DNA of 63,505 nucleotides, the filler included, from Octopus bimaculoides (taxonomy: Eukaryota), in NCBI RefSeq assembly GCF_001194135.2. It is 4 parts of 4 records of this genome, joined end to end, with 100 filler letters (N's around TTAATTAATTAA, not from the genome) between each part and the next. Parts side by side here need not be neighbours in the genome. Positions count along the whole stretch, not along the records: positions 28,546 to 47,460 come from NC_068989.1; 3 more parts are not named here. One strand, given 5' to 3'. A program made the translations under genes and the position numbers. The notes beneath the pieces were generated by a model. It was not told the origin of the DNA, ran no database searches, and saw only the letters and a program-made list of their open reading frames with translations. Below are positions 35,146-47,560 of the stretch, one piece after another. Every line of letters starts with the position of its first letter. Position 1 is the first letter of the stretch.

Positions 35146-35579
35146 ACTGGATGCCACTCTATCTGCTAGAGATAATAGTTGAATTTCCCTCACCCTTAAA
35201 GGCGGATTAATATATAATAAGATAACCCGGCCTGCTTTCGTAGCTTCCTTCTCAAAATTAAATGCAAGCATGTTAATAACATGTGTTTCTTTTTATTAAT
35301 GAATTTATTTCTTAAAATTGCGTTGACCCAGTCTATAACCTGGGTGCGTTGGGGTCTTATAAGCTATAAAGAGTGTTGTTGGGCATTGGGTGTGTTTTGT
35401 CAGCATGGGTGCATATGTTTTAGTGCTGTTCTGTAGTGGGTGTGTTTGCGTTTCAAGATAGGAAAGAAACATGCTTCTTTGATCTTAATTGATATATTTA
35501 GTAAAGATAATATTTCATCTCATTAATGGTGACATGAACCCATCTATTTGGCAAATTGTTCATCTCTCGGGCGTAAAAT

Positions 35580-36650
35580 ACTTCAGGCTTCGAAGTAAAG
35601 AAACATTTAATGTCATTTTTAACCACTTCACAATAAATAAGCAGTTTTCTCTCTAAATAATGTAGTAATCATCTGAAAAAATGAGTCAGATGGAGTAACG
35701 TCAGGAAGAGTAAGCGGGGTGAGGCAAAGCTTCCATGTTTAGAGCCGTAATCTTTTCCTGAATGACCTCGTGTAAGAGCAACTATCCTTTACGATTAACT
35801 TATGATGGCTGCCATGTTTTGTGCAATGTTTCCAACTAAGAGCAACAAGTCGCTGCATTAACTGTTTCAATTTGGTTTATCATTTCATGATTGTCGACAA
35901 CTTACACGAAAACCTTCATCTTCTACCAAATTAGAGCATAACCTTTTTCCGGTGCCTTTTTGATTTGGGGACGGATTCTTCTTGTTCAATGTCGATTTAG
36001 TTGGATATGATTATAGAAAACCCACTTTTCATTACATTGGGTGGTTCTAACCGGAAAAAGATCCGTTAGCTAGTCTACTCGTCAATGGCGATTTGGGGGC
36101 AACTCATTTATTAAGCTGAGAAGTAGTCAGATGATGAGGAAACAACTGAACAAGTTTAAGACATTTTCCTTGTTTACTGAAGATGTTTTACGACCAAAGG
36201 TGACTTGAATCGTTTTGCTAATTCGCGAGAAGTTTGTTTTGGATTTTCCTCAACTACAGTATTCAGAAATTCAATATTAACCGAATTTGATGGTCCTGAT
36301 CAATGGAGGATCTGCGAGATAAAGATTTCTCAAGCGAAACTAGTCAAAACCGTCGCTGGCATGTCCGGAAGCTTAATCTCCATAGACAGAACGAATAATT
36401 CGTGTCGATTCCATTGCTGAAGAACCCGTTTTGAATTCATAAAGCATGCAGTATTTCATATGGCATTGATTTAAATCCATTTTAAAAGGTTAAAATCGAT
36501 ACGAATTTAAATACAATGGTATGAAGTAATCTGTAAGGAAAATAAACATTAAAATATAAAACTTAATGCTTATTTTACAGTAAGTATTGAAAATGTACCT
36601 TCAAAGAGATCGTGTCAAAAACATATGACGGAACTTGCTTCCCAACTTAA
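35580..36650 (-). mobile_element. Mariner (DD34D, Hsmar1/cecropia-like) transposon, degraded
   Basis: TA-TTAAGTTGGGAAGCAAG terminus at 36650; LYEFKTGSSA, VEENPKQTSRELA, GKCLKLVQLFPHHLT, CNEKWVFYN, ALPHPAYS.DVTPSD. Confidence 0.85.
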
Positions 36651-36984
36651 TACTAATCGATTGATTAGTATTAGTTCCCTGTTATTAACAAGCAATAGAA
36701 TAAATACTAAACCAAATCCCCCTACAAACCCAGCAACCTACAAAAATACCCATACGACATAGATTGTACGCAACGAAGAACCAAATGCACCTTGGTTACA
36801 GAATATAAGATATAAGCAAAATTTATTTTTAAAAATCATAAAACAGAACACAATATGATTCAAACCTAACCAAAAACTCACTGTTAGAATATTTCACAAA
36901 AACAATAGAATGGAAAACTTTCTCATTAAGATAAAAACGCAACCCGACTAGTCGCAGAACGTATTTCGTGCTGCCAATTGGCAA

Positions 36985-37125
36985 AATCACTAAAGGCTCA
37001 GGCAGAGTATATAACGGTATTTCTTCGATTCTCTGCGAACTGACTTCAAATTCTGCTCAAGGCAACTTTATCTTTCATCCTCTCGAGGGCGATAAAAACG
37101 AATCTATCCAAAGTTGTGGATTAGC
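36985..37125 (-). mobile_element. SINE family A, diverged
   Basis: Minus GGATGAAAGATAAAGTTGCCTTGAGCAGAATTTGAAGTCAG context matches family A. Confidence 0.65.
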
Positions 37126-37464
37126 GGAAGTATATAACCGTCTGAGTGGATGACTTCCGGTATTTATTTCGACGATGTAGTCTTTAGAGTTAAAGTCTTG
37201 CCATGGCTTATTTGATTAGAAGAATATATCCGTTGTCAGGTTTAGCATCTGACATCTCATTGGATAACTTTAGCGGAGTCCACTTTGTAGCAATCATTCA
37301 GGCCATGTCTCTCGTTTGATGATACCCTACTACGTCAAGTTGTAAACCTTATGAATCAAACTACATTTACCCATCGCTAAACTATGCACTTAGAAGGATC
37401 CGTCGCAACACATTACGATGCAATACATGCAACAAAAATTTGACAGAAGAAGATATTTGTTGGG

Positions 37465-38150
37465 TATGTGGTAAGAAGCTTCATTTCCAACTACACGGTT
37501 CCAGGTTCAGTCTCACTGCGCAGCACCTTGGGTAAGTGTCTTCGACCAGTAGCCTCGGGCCGACCGAAGTCTTGTGAGTGGATTTGGTAGACAGAAACTG
37601 AAAGAAACCCGTCGTATATATATATATATATNNNNNNNNNNNNNNNNNNNNNNNNNNNNNNNNNNNNNNNNNNNNNNNNNNNNNNNNNNNNNNNNNNNNN
37701 NNNNNNNNNNNNNNNNNNNNNNNNNNNNNNNNNNNNNNNNNNNNNNNNNNNNNNNNNNNNNNNNNNNNNNNNNNNNNNNNNNNNNNNNNNNNNNNNNNNN
37801 NNNNNNNNNNNNNNNNNNNNNNNNNNNNNNNNNNNNNNNNNNNNNNNNNNNNNNNNNNNNNNNNNNNNNNNNNNNNNNNNNNNNNNNNNNNNNNNNNNNN
37901 NNNNNNNNNNNNNNNNNNNATATATATATATGCGTGCGTGCGTGTGTGTGTGTGTGTGCGCGCGCGCGCGTGTTTGTGTTTGTCCCCCCCACCATCGTTT
38001 GACAACCGATGCTGGTGTATTTACGTCCCCCGTAACCTAGCGGTTCAGCAAAAGAGATCGATAGAATAAGTACTAGGCTTACAAAGAAAAGGCGGTGCTC
38101 CTGCATGGCCGCAGTCAAATGACTGAAACAAATAAAAAGATAAAGAAAAG
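37465..38150 (+). mobile_element. SINE family B, internal microsatellite in N gap
   Basis: 5' arm ends GAAACCCGTCG(TA)n, then N gap, then 3' arm TTTGTCCCCCCACCATCG...GACTGAAACAAATAAAA. Confidence 0.9.
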
Positions 38151-38444
38151 AAAAGCTCTACAGACCTATACAGAATTTCAGGAAAATTGAAAGAGAAGGA
38201 TTTACCAATACAAAATATAATCCCAAAATCAACAGAGAGATAGAATAAGCACTAAATTAACTATGGAAGTTATCGCTTAATACCTATTAATCCGGTTTTG
38301 ATAAATTATTAATCTCGAGCTTGTCGTGGATCGTTTGAGACTGTACACAAAGCGCGTAAAGAAGCAACACTCCACAATCAGAATTTTAATGGATTTGTGA
38401 ATTTAAGAATGCTAATGATCCAAGCTGAATGTAATGAACTAATA

Positions 38445-38624
38445 ACGAAGATGTGACTGTGTGGTTAAGAAACTCGCTTGGCAACCACGAGGTTTCGGGT
38501 TCAGTCTTATTGCGCACCGCCTCGGGTAGGTGTCTGCTACGATGGCATTGGGCCCAATGCTTTGTGAGTGAGTTTGAAGGAAGGAAAATGTGTAGAAACC
38601 CGTCATGTGTGTGTGTGTGTGTGT

Positions 38625-38669
<45 letters not shown>

Positions 38670-38945
38670 AATAGATAGATAAATGAGATAGATATGTATG
38701 TATATACATATATACATATATGTATGAATGTGTCTTTGTTTGTCCCGCACCACCACCACTTGACAACCAGTGTTGGTTTGTTCACGTCCACTTAACTTAG
38801 CAGCTTTGCAAAAGACTCAGATAAGTAAAGTTCGAGTCTGAAAATCAGTAAATAAATAAATGCTAGTGTCGATTTGTTCCACTAAAACTTATGAGAACGG
38901 TGCCCCAGAATGACCGTAGCCCAATAATTGAAACAGGCGAAAGAT
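38445..38945 (+). mobile_element. SINE family B, diverged (internal TG/GA/TA repeats)
   Basis: GACTGTGTGGTTAAG, GGTTCAGTC, ACTTGACAACCAGTG, CGGTGCCCCAGAATGACCG. Confidence 0.8.
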
Positions 38946-40422
38946 AAATGATGTTTTGTGACAAAGGGGGGAAAATACGAAAACGAGTCGAAGCAAAATG
39001 GAGGACGTTTTTGCCGAATATGGAGAGGGGGAGAGGGAGAGAGAGAGGGAGAGAGAGAGGGAGAGAGAGAGAGAGAAACTAAGTGGGTGAGTGAGGAAAA
39101 GAGAGGGGAAAGGAAGAAGGAGTTGAGGCGATGGGTGTTGGAGGTATGTGGTCGGGAGCGTTTCACATTTCGTTATTTCACGACTGGGGACTCGGAATGG
39201 TTAAATGGCGGTGTTGTGTTATGGGGTACATCAGGAAATATATATATGTATATATATATATGTATGTATATAGATATGTATTTGTACATATATATATATA
39301 TATATACACTGCTGACCTCCCCTGTTCGAAGGTTATAAAGGACACAGGTTTCGTGTGTCACATAGCTAGCTAGAGGCGATGGCTTCTTGGAGCTAATTCA
39401 CGGCAGCTTTCGTCCTAATTTTGGGACTGCCATGTTGGCTTGGCGATAACTATTAATTTCCAGTACCGCTGCCGTAGTCTCCTTTAGAGAGACTTAGAAA
39501 TATTAATAACTCTATTATATATATATATATATATNNNNNNNNNNATTGACAAGGGGCAACACCCTGAAACTAGTCTAGTCTGCAGATGCCAAACCAGCAG
39601 GGGGACACTGCTGACCTCCCCTGTTCGAAGGTTATAAAGGACACAGGTTTCGTGTGTCACATAGCTAGCTAGAGGCGATGGCTTCTTGGAGCTAATTCAC
39701 GGCAGCTTTCGTCCTAATTTTGGGACTGCCATGTTGGCTTGGCGATAACTATTAATTTCCAGTACCGCTGCCGTAGTCTCCTTTAGAGAGACTTAGAAAT
39801 ATTAATAACTCTATTATATATATATATATATATATATATGTACGTATGTACAGATATATATATCTGAAAGCATGTATGTATGCGCAAGTATGTGTGTGTG
39901 TTTGTACGAATGTACGTAAGTATGTCTGTTTGTCTGTATGTATATGTGTACGTGTGTATGTATGTATGTATGTGTGTATGTATGTATGTATGTATATATG
40001 TGTGTGTGTATATCTACTATGTATTTATGTGAGTATGTAAATATATGTGCGTATGCATGTATGTATTTGTATGTGTATGCGTGTGTATGTGTGTCTGCGT
40101 ACATACATACAGAAACAGACTCACACAAGCACAAATGTCTACGTATATATTCCTACCTACCAGTATTCATAGATGTGTACTGGTTTGTGGTAGGGAAGGG
40201 AGTGGGTGTGCGTGTGTGTGTATGTGTGTGTGTGTGTGTGTCACCATAAGTGAAACGAGTAAAAATATTCGTGATGAGGAAGAGGCAGAGTGAGAGTAGG
40301 AGGAGGGGGTTGTGATAACGAATGAAGCAGCACCGATGGTGGATGGTTGGGCTGCAGGAGGTTTGTAATGGTAAAAGTGAAAGGAGCTACAGAGCAGTAC
40401 TAGATATTGAAATTAAGGCAAC

Positions 40423-40453
<31 letters not shown>

Positions 40454-43129
40454 ACAAACAGACACACACACACATAGGCACGCGCACACACAAGCGCGCA
40501 CACACATACACGCTCACATACGTTTAACAGCAGGAACGTACAACTTTTAATCTAAGTATACCTAAAACGAAGATAACACTTCAGATATCTGTAATATTAG
40601 GCTCCGCTTGGCGGCAGCAACAGAGGCTGCGGGAGAAGCAGTAGGAGTAGTAGTAGTAATAGGGGGATGAGAAGAACTAGGTTGATGAGTAATAGTAAGC
40701 GTGGCAACGTCACGTAGGAACGTAGATGGAGGACAGGAAGTCTTCATGGTGATGTTGTTGTTGCTGGTGGTGGTGACTCCTTGACAATGTCATCAGTTTC
40801 ATGATGGCACCCAACTACCCGGCTTGTGCACAGCACGGGTACATCATTACAATAAACCCGTTGAACCAGCGAGGCCTTCTCCCCGCGCACTTCGTGACTT
40901 GAGCTGCTATGCTAGAACTAGCAGTCAAACTCACTCTCAATTCAGAAATAGATGGAGGAACACACTGACCAATGTATGTTTAAATATTCCATAAGACTCA
41001 TTGGTGAAAATTTTGCGTCCATTTGTCGTCTTTATGGTTCCGTCTTACTGCGCAGCTCCTTGGGCAAGTATTTTCTACCATAGCCTCCGCCAGGGAATTT
41101 AGTAGATGGAAACTGTAGAAATCTGTCATGCATACAGATGTGTGTATGTGTGTGTGTAAAAGAACACAAACGCGTCATGAAATGTAGGACATCTGTCTTG
41201 ATAGAATTTCAAAAACGCCCATTCGTATGTATATATTTATACCAATGCCGTACCTAGAACCAGCATCGAATTGCATCTACAGTTTAAACAGGATTTGGTA
41301 CTTACATATCTACAGTAGCCTGCGAAAACCTTATACCTTCTTAGTTGATTTAATTCAATGTGGACTCCATGTTATTGTACCTAGCCATTTCTGGCGTCCC
41401 ACCTTTTGATGTGGCTAGATTCTACTGAACTTTATAACTTATGACATATATATATATGTATGTATATAAATCCAAAACAGAACAAACGCAAAAACACAAC
41501 AACGCGAGGACGTGGTCCATGTAACGTATTAGCAGACGCTCAGGGAAGAAAAGAAAGGTGGTTTAACGTTTCGAGCAACGCTCTTCTCCAGAAACAGGGG
41601 ACAGAGGAAANNNNNNNNNNAAGTTCTTTCTGAGACAGGAGAGTGTAAGAGAAGGAGGTATGTGTGGGTATATGCGCGCGCGCAAGTGTGTGTTTGTGTA
41701 ATAGCACGTGTGTGTGCATATGTGTGTGTATGTGTTGTGCGTGTGTGTTTGGGCTGTTGATATGTGTATGTGCGTATGTTTGTAAGTGTGTATGTGTGTG
41801 TGCGTGTGTCTATGTATGTGTGTGCGTGTATGTATATGTTGTGTGCGCGTGTCTATGTATGTGTGTGCGTGTATGTATATGCTGTGTGCGCGTGTATATG
41901 TGTATGTATGTGTGTGCCTGTATCTATATCTATATAAACTTTCCCGAATTTTAAAACTATTTTAATCGATTTTTTATGCCTCTGGTGAAGGAAATGCGAA
42001 TATTTGTATTGGCTGGAAAACAGGCCCAATACAAACGCGCTCTCCGAAACGATCGGAAGATTTTGTATTACTGCTTTTCTTTGGATTGTAATAACGGAGT
42101 GCTGGAAACCTAATATTTAGATGAATTTTTTTAAAGCATTTTGTATTCCGACGATAAAGGAATTTAACCTACGAAAATCTGCCATCCACTTTGGTTTATG
42201 CTATATTTTGTTCATATACAGCACTAATTAGGTGCGTTTGTAGCAAATGTTTTCCTTTTTTATTATTCTAGATGTGTGTGTATGTGTTTGTGTGTATCTA
42301 TCTATCTATCTATCTATCTCTCTATCGATCTACTTATTTATCCATCTATCTATGTATCTATGTNNNNNNNNNNNNNNNNNNNNNNNNNNNNNNNNNNNNN
42401 NNNNNNNNNNNNNNNNNNNNNNNNNNNNNNNNNNNNNNNNNNNNNNNNNNNNNNNNNNNNNNNNNNNNNNNNNNNNNNNNNNNNNNNNNNNNNNNNNNNN
42501 NNNNNNNNNNNNNNNNNNNNNNNNNNNNNNNNNNNNNNNNNNNNNNNNNNNNNNNNNNNNNNNNNNNNNNNNNNNNNNNNNNNNNNNNNNNNNNNNNNNN
42601 NNNNNNNNNNNNNNNNNNNNNNNNNNNNNNNNNNNNNNNNNNNNNNNNNNNNNNNNNNNNNNNNNNNNNNNNNNNNNNNNNNNNNNNNNNNNNNNNNNNN
42701 NNNNNNNNNNNNNNNNNNNNNNNNNNNNNNNNNNNNNNNNNNNNNNNNNNNNNNNNNNNNNNNNNNNNNNNNNNNNNNNNNNNNNNNNNNNNNNNNNNNN
42801 NNNNNNNNNNNNNNNTATATATATTTATATATATATATGTATGTATAGAGGTTATCTTTTTGGTGTAGCTTCGTTGGATTGCCTCAAGTAGCAACGAACA
42901 GTGGAATGAAGGGTGAAGGGTGCTGATAGACAGAAGAGTGAAGGGGCTGATAGACAGAAATGGAGTCATACAAGATTTAGAAAAATGTGTACTTACATAT
43001 ATGAGACAAAGTGTACGTACGCCGCTATATATAGATAGATATATAGATAGATATATAGATAGATATAATACAGAATGAGACCAGAACACAAAACATCCAG
43101 ACAGTTTCTTGTATCACCTAAAGGGTCCA

Positions 43130-43290
43130 CAATTGTCATATCTTGTGTCACACTGAATCTCCCTAAGAACTACCTTAACGGTACATGTGTCTGTGGAGTA
43201 CTCAACCACTTGTACGTTAATTTCACGAGCAGGCTGTTCCGTTGATCGGATCAACTAGAATGCTCGTCATCGTAACAGAGAGCCTGTGAG
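43130..43290 (+). mobile_element. SINE family C, 3' half
   Basis: GGTACATGTGTCTGTGGAGTACTCAACCACTTGTACGTTAATTTCACGAGCAGGCTGTTCC aligns with the reverse complement of 19325-19450. Confidence 0.8.
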
Positions 43291-43491
43291 GATGAGACAA
43301 GGTCTCAGCACAAACTGATAGAAGGTTGTTCTTTATGCTTTTTGTTTTGTTTTCCATTTGTGTCTTCCGTTGTTCGAAAGAATAGTTCATGTTCCATGTA
43401 CTCGTGCTTCGTACTTTTTTGTTGTACACGTTTCGGGACGTCCTGTGTCCACATATGCATATATATATATACGTATAGATGTATGTACATA

Positions 43492-43544
<53 letters not shown>

Positions 43545-44459
43545 TATTTATATTGTTATATGATTGAACGCGAGTTTTATCTATCTATCTTTTTATCTAT
43601 CTATCTGTCTACNNNNNNNNNNNNNNNNNNNNNNNNNNNNNNNNNNNNNNNNNNNNNNNNNNNNNNNNNNNNNNNNNNNNNNNNNNNNNNNNNNNNNNNN
43701 NNNNNNNNNNNNNNNNNNNNNNNNNNNNNNNNNNNNNNNNNNNNNNNNNNNNNNNNNNNNNNNNNNNNNNNNNNNNNNNNNNNNNNNNNNNNNNNNNNNN
43801 NNNNNNNNNNNNNNNNNNNNNNNNNNNNNNNNNNNNNNNNNNNNNNNNNNNNNNNNNNNNNNNNNNNNNNNNNNNNNNNNNNNNNNNNNNNNNNNNNNNN
43901 NNNNNNNNNNNNNNNNNNNNNNNNNNNNNNNNNNNNNNNNNNNNNNNNNNNNNNNNNNNNNNNNNNNNNNNNNNNNNNNNNNNNNNNNNNNNNNNNNNNN
44001 NNNNNNNNNNNNNNNNNNNNNNNNNNNNNNNNNNNNNNNNNNNNNNNNNNNNNNNNNNNNNNNNNNNNNNNNNNNNNNNNNNNNNNNNNNNNNNNNNNNN
44101 NNNNNNNNNNNNNNNNNNNNNNNNNNNNNNNNNNNNNNNNNNNNNNNNNNNNNNNNNNNNNNNNNNNNNNNNNNNNNNNNNNNNNNNNNNNNNNNNNNNN
44201 NNNNNNNNNNNNNNNNNNNNNNNNNNNNNNNNNNNNNNNNNNNNNNNNNNNNNNNNNNNNNNNNNNNNNNNNNNNNNNNNNNNNNNNNNNNNNNNNNNNN
44301 NNNNNNNNNNNNNNNNNNNNNNNNNNNNNNNNNNNNNNNNNNNNNNNNNNNNNNNNNNNNNNNNNNNNNNNNNNNNNNNNNNNNNNNNNNNNNNNNNNNN
44401 NNNNNNNNNNNNNNNNNNNNNNNNNNNNNNNNNNNNNNNNNNNNNNNNNNNNNNNNNNN

Positions 44460-44491
<32 letters not shown>

Positions 44492-44517
44492 GTGTATGAA
44501 GACGCATTCGTTCCACC

Positions 44518-44557
<40 letters not shown>

Positions 44558-45044
44558 CATACATACATACATACATACATACACACATGCATACATACAG
44601 ACATACATACGTACATACATACATATACAGCAACTCCCCACTGTTGGAGACGTGAAGAGTATAATATATTTTAATTTATGTGAGAAAAGCAAGAAAAATT
44701 TCCCACCCCACTGCTTACTTTCAATTCATTCCTGTTTTTTTTCCAACGGCTGAATTGTACGGTTGACTGACTCGCTGAGAAAAGAAACTTCTATCCGAAT
44801 GGGTGTAATTCCTCATTGTCTCATATAATCTAATACACAGATGCCCCGCTACAACACACACAGCGCAATATTGTCGGACGGTTAAACCAATGGTTTTCAA
44901 CCATTTATTTTAACGTATAGACCCCCTTGATTACTGTTATTCCTTGGTGGACTCAACGCCATTAGTATTTTATTTTTCACTGATTCTCTTGTATAGGTTT
45001 GCAATAACACTCTGAGAGAATATATGTGTTAAACTATGTAAAAC

Positions 45045-45320
45045 TTTGTGGAGGCGCAATGGCTCAGTGGTTAGGGCAGCGGTCTCGCGGTCGGAGGATC
45101 GCGGTTTCGATTCCCAGAGTGGGCGTTGAGCGACAACACCTGCGGCAGGGGGCGAACCCTGTTGTACTCTTTCGCCCCAACTTTCCTCTCACTCTTCCTG
45201 TTTCTTAAGTAACGCTGCGATGGACTGGCGTCCCGTCCAGCTAGGGGGAACATACGCCATAGAAACCGGCAAACCGGGCCCATGAGCCTGGCTAGGCTTT
45301 GAAAGGGCGACGTTTATCGT
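45045..45320 (+). mobile_element. tRNA-derived SINE with V-domain-like motif
   Basis: A-box TGGCTCAGTGG, B-box GGTTTCGATTCCC, CTGCGATGGACTGGCGTCCCGTCCAG; 10-bp TSD TATGTAAAAC at 45035-45044 and 45321-45330. Confidence 0.88.
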
Positions 45321-45393
45321 TATGTAAAACGTTAGGGAAAGAAACTTTTTAAAGCGAAATGCTTATCATGGGCCCTTAATATAATACTGTATA

Positions 45394-45638
45394 TATATAT
45401 ATATAATTCTTTATTGCCCACAAGGGGCTAAACATAGAGGGGACAAATAAGGAAAGACAAAGGGACTAAGTCGATTATATCGACCCCAGTGCGTAACTGG
45501 TATTTATTTAATCGACCCCGAAAGATAAAAGGCAGAGTTGACCTCGGTGGAATTTGAACTCAGAACGTAGCAACGGGAGAAATACCGCTAAGCATTTCGC
45601 TCGACGTGCTAACCACTCTGCCAGCTCTCCGCCTTCAG
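45394..45638 (-). mobile_element. SINE family A, full length, (TA)n tail
   Basis: 12-bp TSD TAATACTGTATA at 45382-45393 and 45639-45650; tail ...GTGGGCAATAAAGAAT. Confidence 0.92.
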
Positions 45639-46183
45639 TAATACTGTATAAATAATATACATGGGACCTTAATATCATGGATCCTTAATAGAGTGCTATA
45701 TAAGAATAATGATATAATACTTAATATAATTTACTATTTTACTTGTGTGGATCCCTAAAAATCATAAATGGACCGTCATGGAACAAACGGACCCCAGTCA
45801 GAACCCATTCTGTTAAGCCGTGGGCCTGGGTTTGATACTTTTGCGTAGAATTTCGAGTAAGTGTCACTCGCTATAATCTCAGATCGAATCTGACGTTTTG
45901 AATGAAATTGGAGAAGCAGAAACTATGATGAAAGCCTTTTGGATGGGTCGTCCATGCATTTCAATGAACTAAGTTGTCACTCGTTATGCCCGCTGATGCT
46001 GCCTGAGAATTATAATACGGGCACACATCTCCGTGGTTTACTCAGCCAATAACACGCCAATTCAGGAGCTGGTAATATAATTGATCGGACAATTGAGTTC
46101 TCGTCGTCGAAACCGCTGGAGATCCATTATATTTGTGCTATGTGTGCTTGAGTAAGTTTGTATGTGGGTATGCGTGGAAACTT

Positions 46184-46217
<34 letters not shown>

Positions 46218-46408
46218 CTGAATGTAACCAACTCTATGCATTTCAATGCGTTCCGAAATAAACCTACACTTCATTCTAATTGCTCCGAGGAAGCTATAAG
46301 ATGTTGCACAAGCACTCAACTCTGAGTGCAGTGCATCTAATAGCAGAAACGGTTGTAAGTTAATGAAGTTGGTTACGTATCTTCTGTTCCTTTGTCATTC
46401 GTTAACTG

Positions 46409-46442
<34 letters not shown>

Positions 46443-46450
46443 ACATCATC

Positions 46451-46509
<59 letters not shown>

Positions 46510-46512
<3 letters not shown>

Positions 46513-46720
46513 GGTGGCGAGCTGGCAGAATCGTTAGAACGCCGGGCGAAATGCTTAGCGGTTTTTCGTTCGGAGTTCAAATTCTGCCGAGGTCGACTTT
46601 GCCTTTCATCCTTTCGAGATCGATTAAATAAGTACCAGTTACGCACTTGGTCGAAGTAATCGACTTAATTCTTTCCCTCAGATTTAAGGCCTTGTACTTC
46701 CAGTAGAAAGAATTATTAAT
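46510..46720 (+). mobile_element. SINE family A, full length, within (TAA)n
   Basis: AAGGTGGCGAGCTGGCAGAATCG...GAGTTCAAATTCTGCCGAGGTCGAC...GGCCTTGTACTTCCAGTAGAAAGAATTATT. Confidence 0.92.
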
Positions 46721-46744
46721 ATTATTATTCTAGTATTATTATTA

Positions 46745-47219
46745 ATATTTCATGTTTGACTTTTGCTTTGCATTTGTACAAGTAGACACCAAGTCTCACC
46801 CAGAGACCTCAAGAGACAACAAGTTAGATGTTCATGTTGGTGTTATGCCTAGGGTGTCATATATTTGGTTTGCACATATATTTGGTTAGTATTGTTCTAG
46901 AGAAGGTTTAAGAAGACGTAAGACACTTATGAGATCGCTTTAAAATTTGAGATCACATAGACAGTATTTTTCGTAGGATATGGGCAGTTCCAATGAGCAC
47001 TATCTTTTGAATTTCTGCCATTTTTCGGTTTCCTTGTATCTGATCTAATTTGCAATCAGCTCCTTTTGTTACAATTCCCAGGGCACCTATGACAGCAGGT
47101 ATTGTTTTTAGTCTTCAGGTTCCACATTTTGCTACTTCCTATTTCAAGATCTTTATACTTGCTCAGTTTTTGGTAGGTCTTCACAGATCCATTTATATCG
47201 ATTGGGACAGTAATATCAA

Positions 47220-47220
<1 letters not shown>
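46745..47220 (-). mobile_element. Dong/R4-like LINE 3' end, flanked by (TAA)n
   Basis: IDITVPIDIN..VKTYQKLSKYKDLEI...AEIQKIVLIGTAHILRKILSM* followed by 3' UTR; TAA arrays on both sides. Confidence 0.85.
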
Positions 47221-47281
<61 letters not shown>

Positions 47282-47460
47282 GGGCTGTGTTCCTCTGTCA
47301 CGTGGCTAGGGCGAAAGAGGTCGTGCGGTGGTGGAGACAAAATGGACTGAGAGGAAAGACACGTTCATCCTCGGTCAAGCTCTCGTCAACTATTTTAAGT
47401 TCCACTTGTGAAAAGGTGGAGACGGAAGTCCTGCCTCCCAGTGAATTTGTGAAAAGATGG

Positions 47461-47560
47461 NNNNNNNNNNNNNNNNNNNNNNNNNNNNNNNNNNNNNNNN
47501 NNNNTTAATTAATTAANNNNNNNNNNNNNNNNNNNNNNNNNNNNNNNNNNNNNNNNNNNN
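47461..47560. other. Synthetic scaffold-join spacer
   Basis: N44-TTAATTAATTAA-N44. Confidence 0.95.

Larger units (their letters stand above)
44888..45815. mobile_element. Probable hAT-type MITE interrupted by two SINEs
   Basis: Left CAATGGTTTTCAACC...GACCCCCTTGATTAC (similar sequence at 30835-30915); right GGACCCCAGTCAGAACCCATT is only a weak inverted match. Confidence 0.45.

Noticed and set aside
39306-39838. Two apparently identical ~230-bp copies (39306-39534 and 39605-39838)
   Set aside because: Apparently 100% identical and separated by a 10-N gap next to (TA)n, so most likely unmerged contig overlap; not reported as a real tandem repeat
45050-45125. tRNA gene (also the heads at 19540-19610 and 31110-31185)
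   Set aside because: A/B boxes are present but there is no complete cloverleaf; they continue into SINE bodies bounded by TSDs
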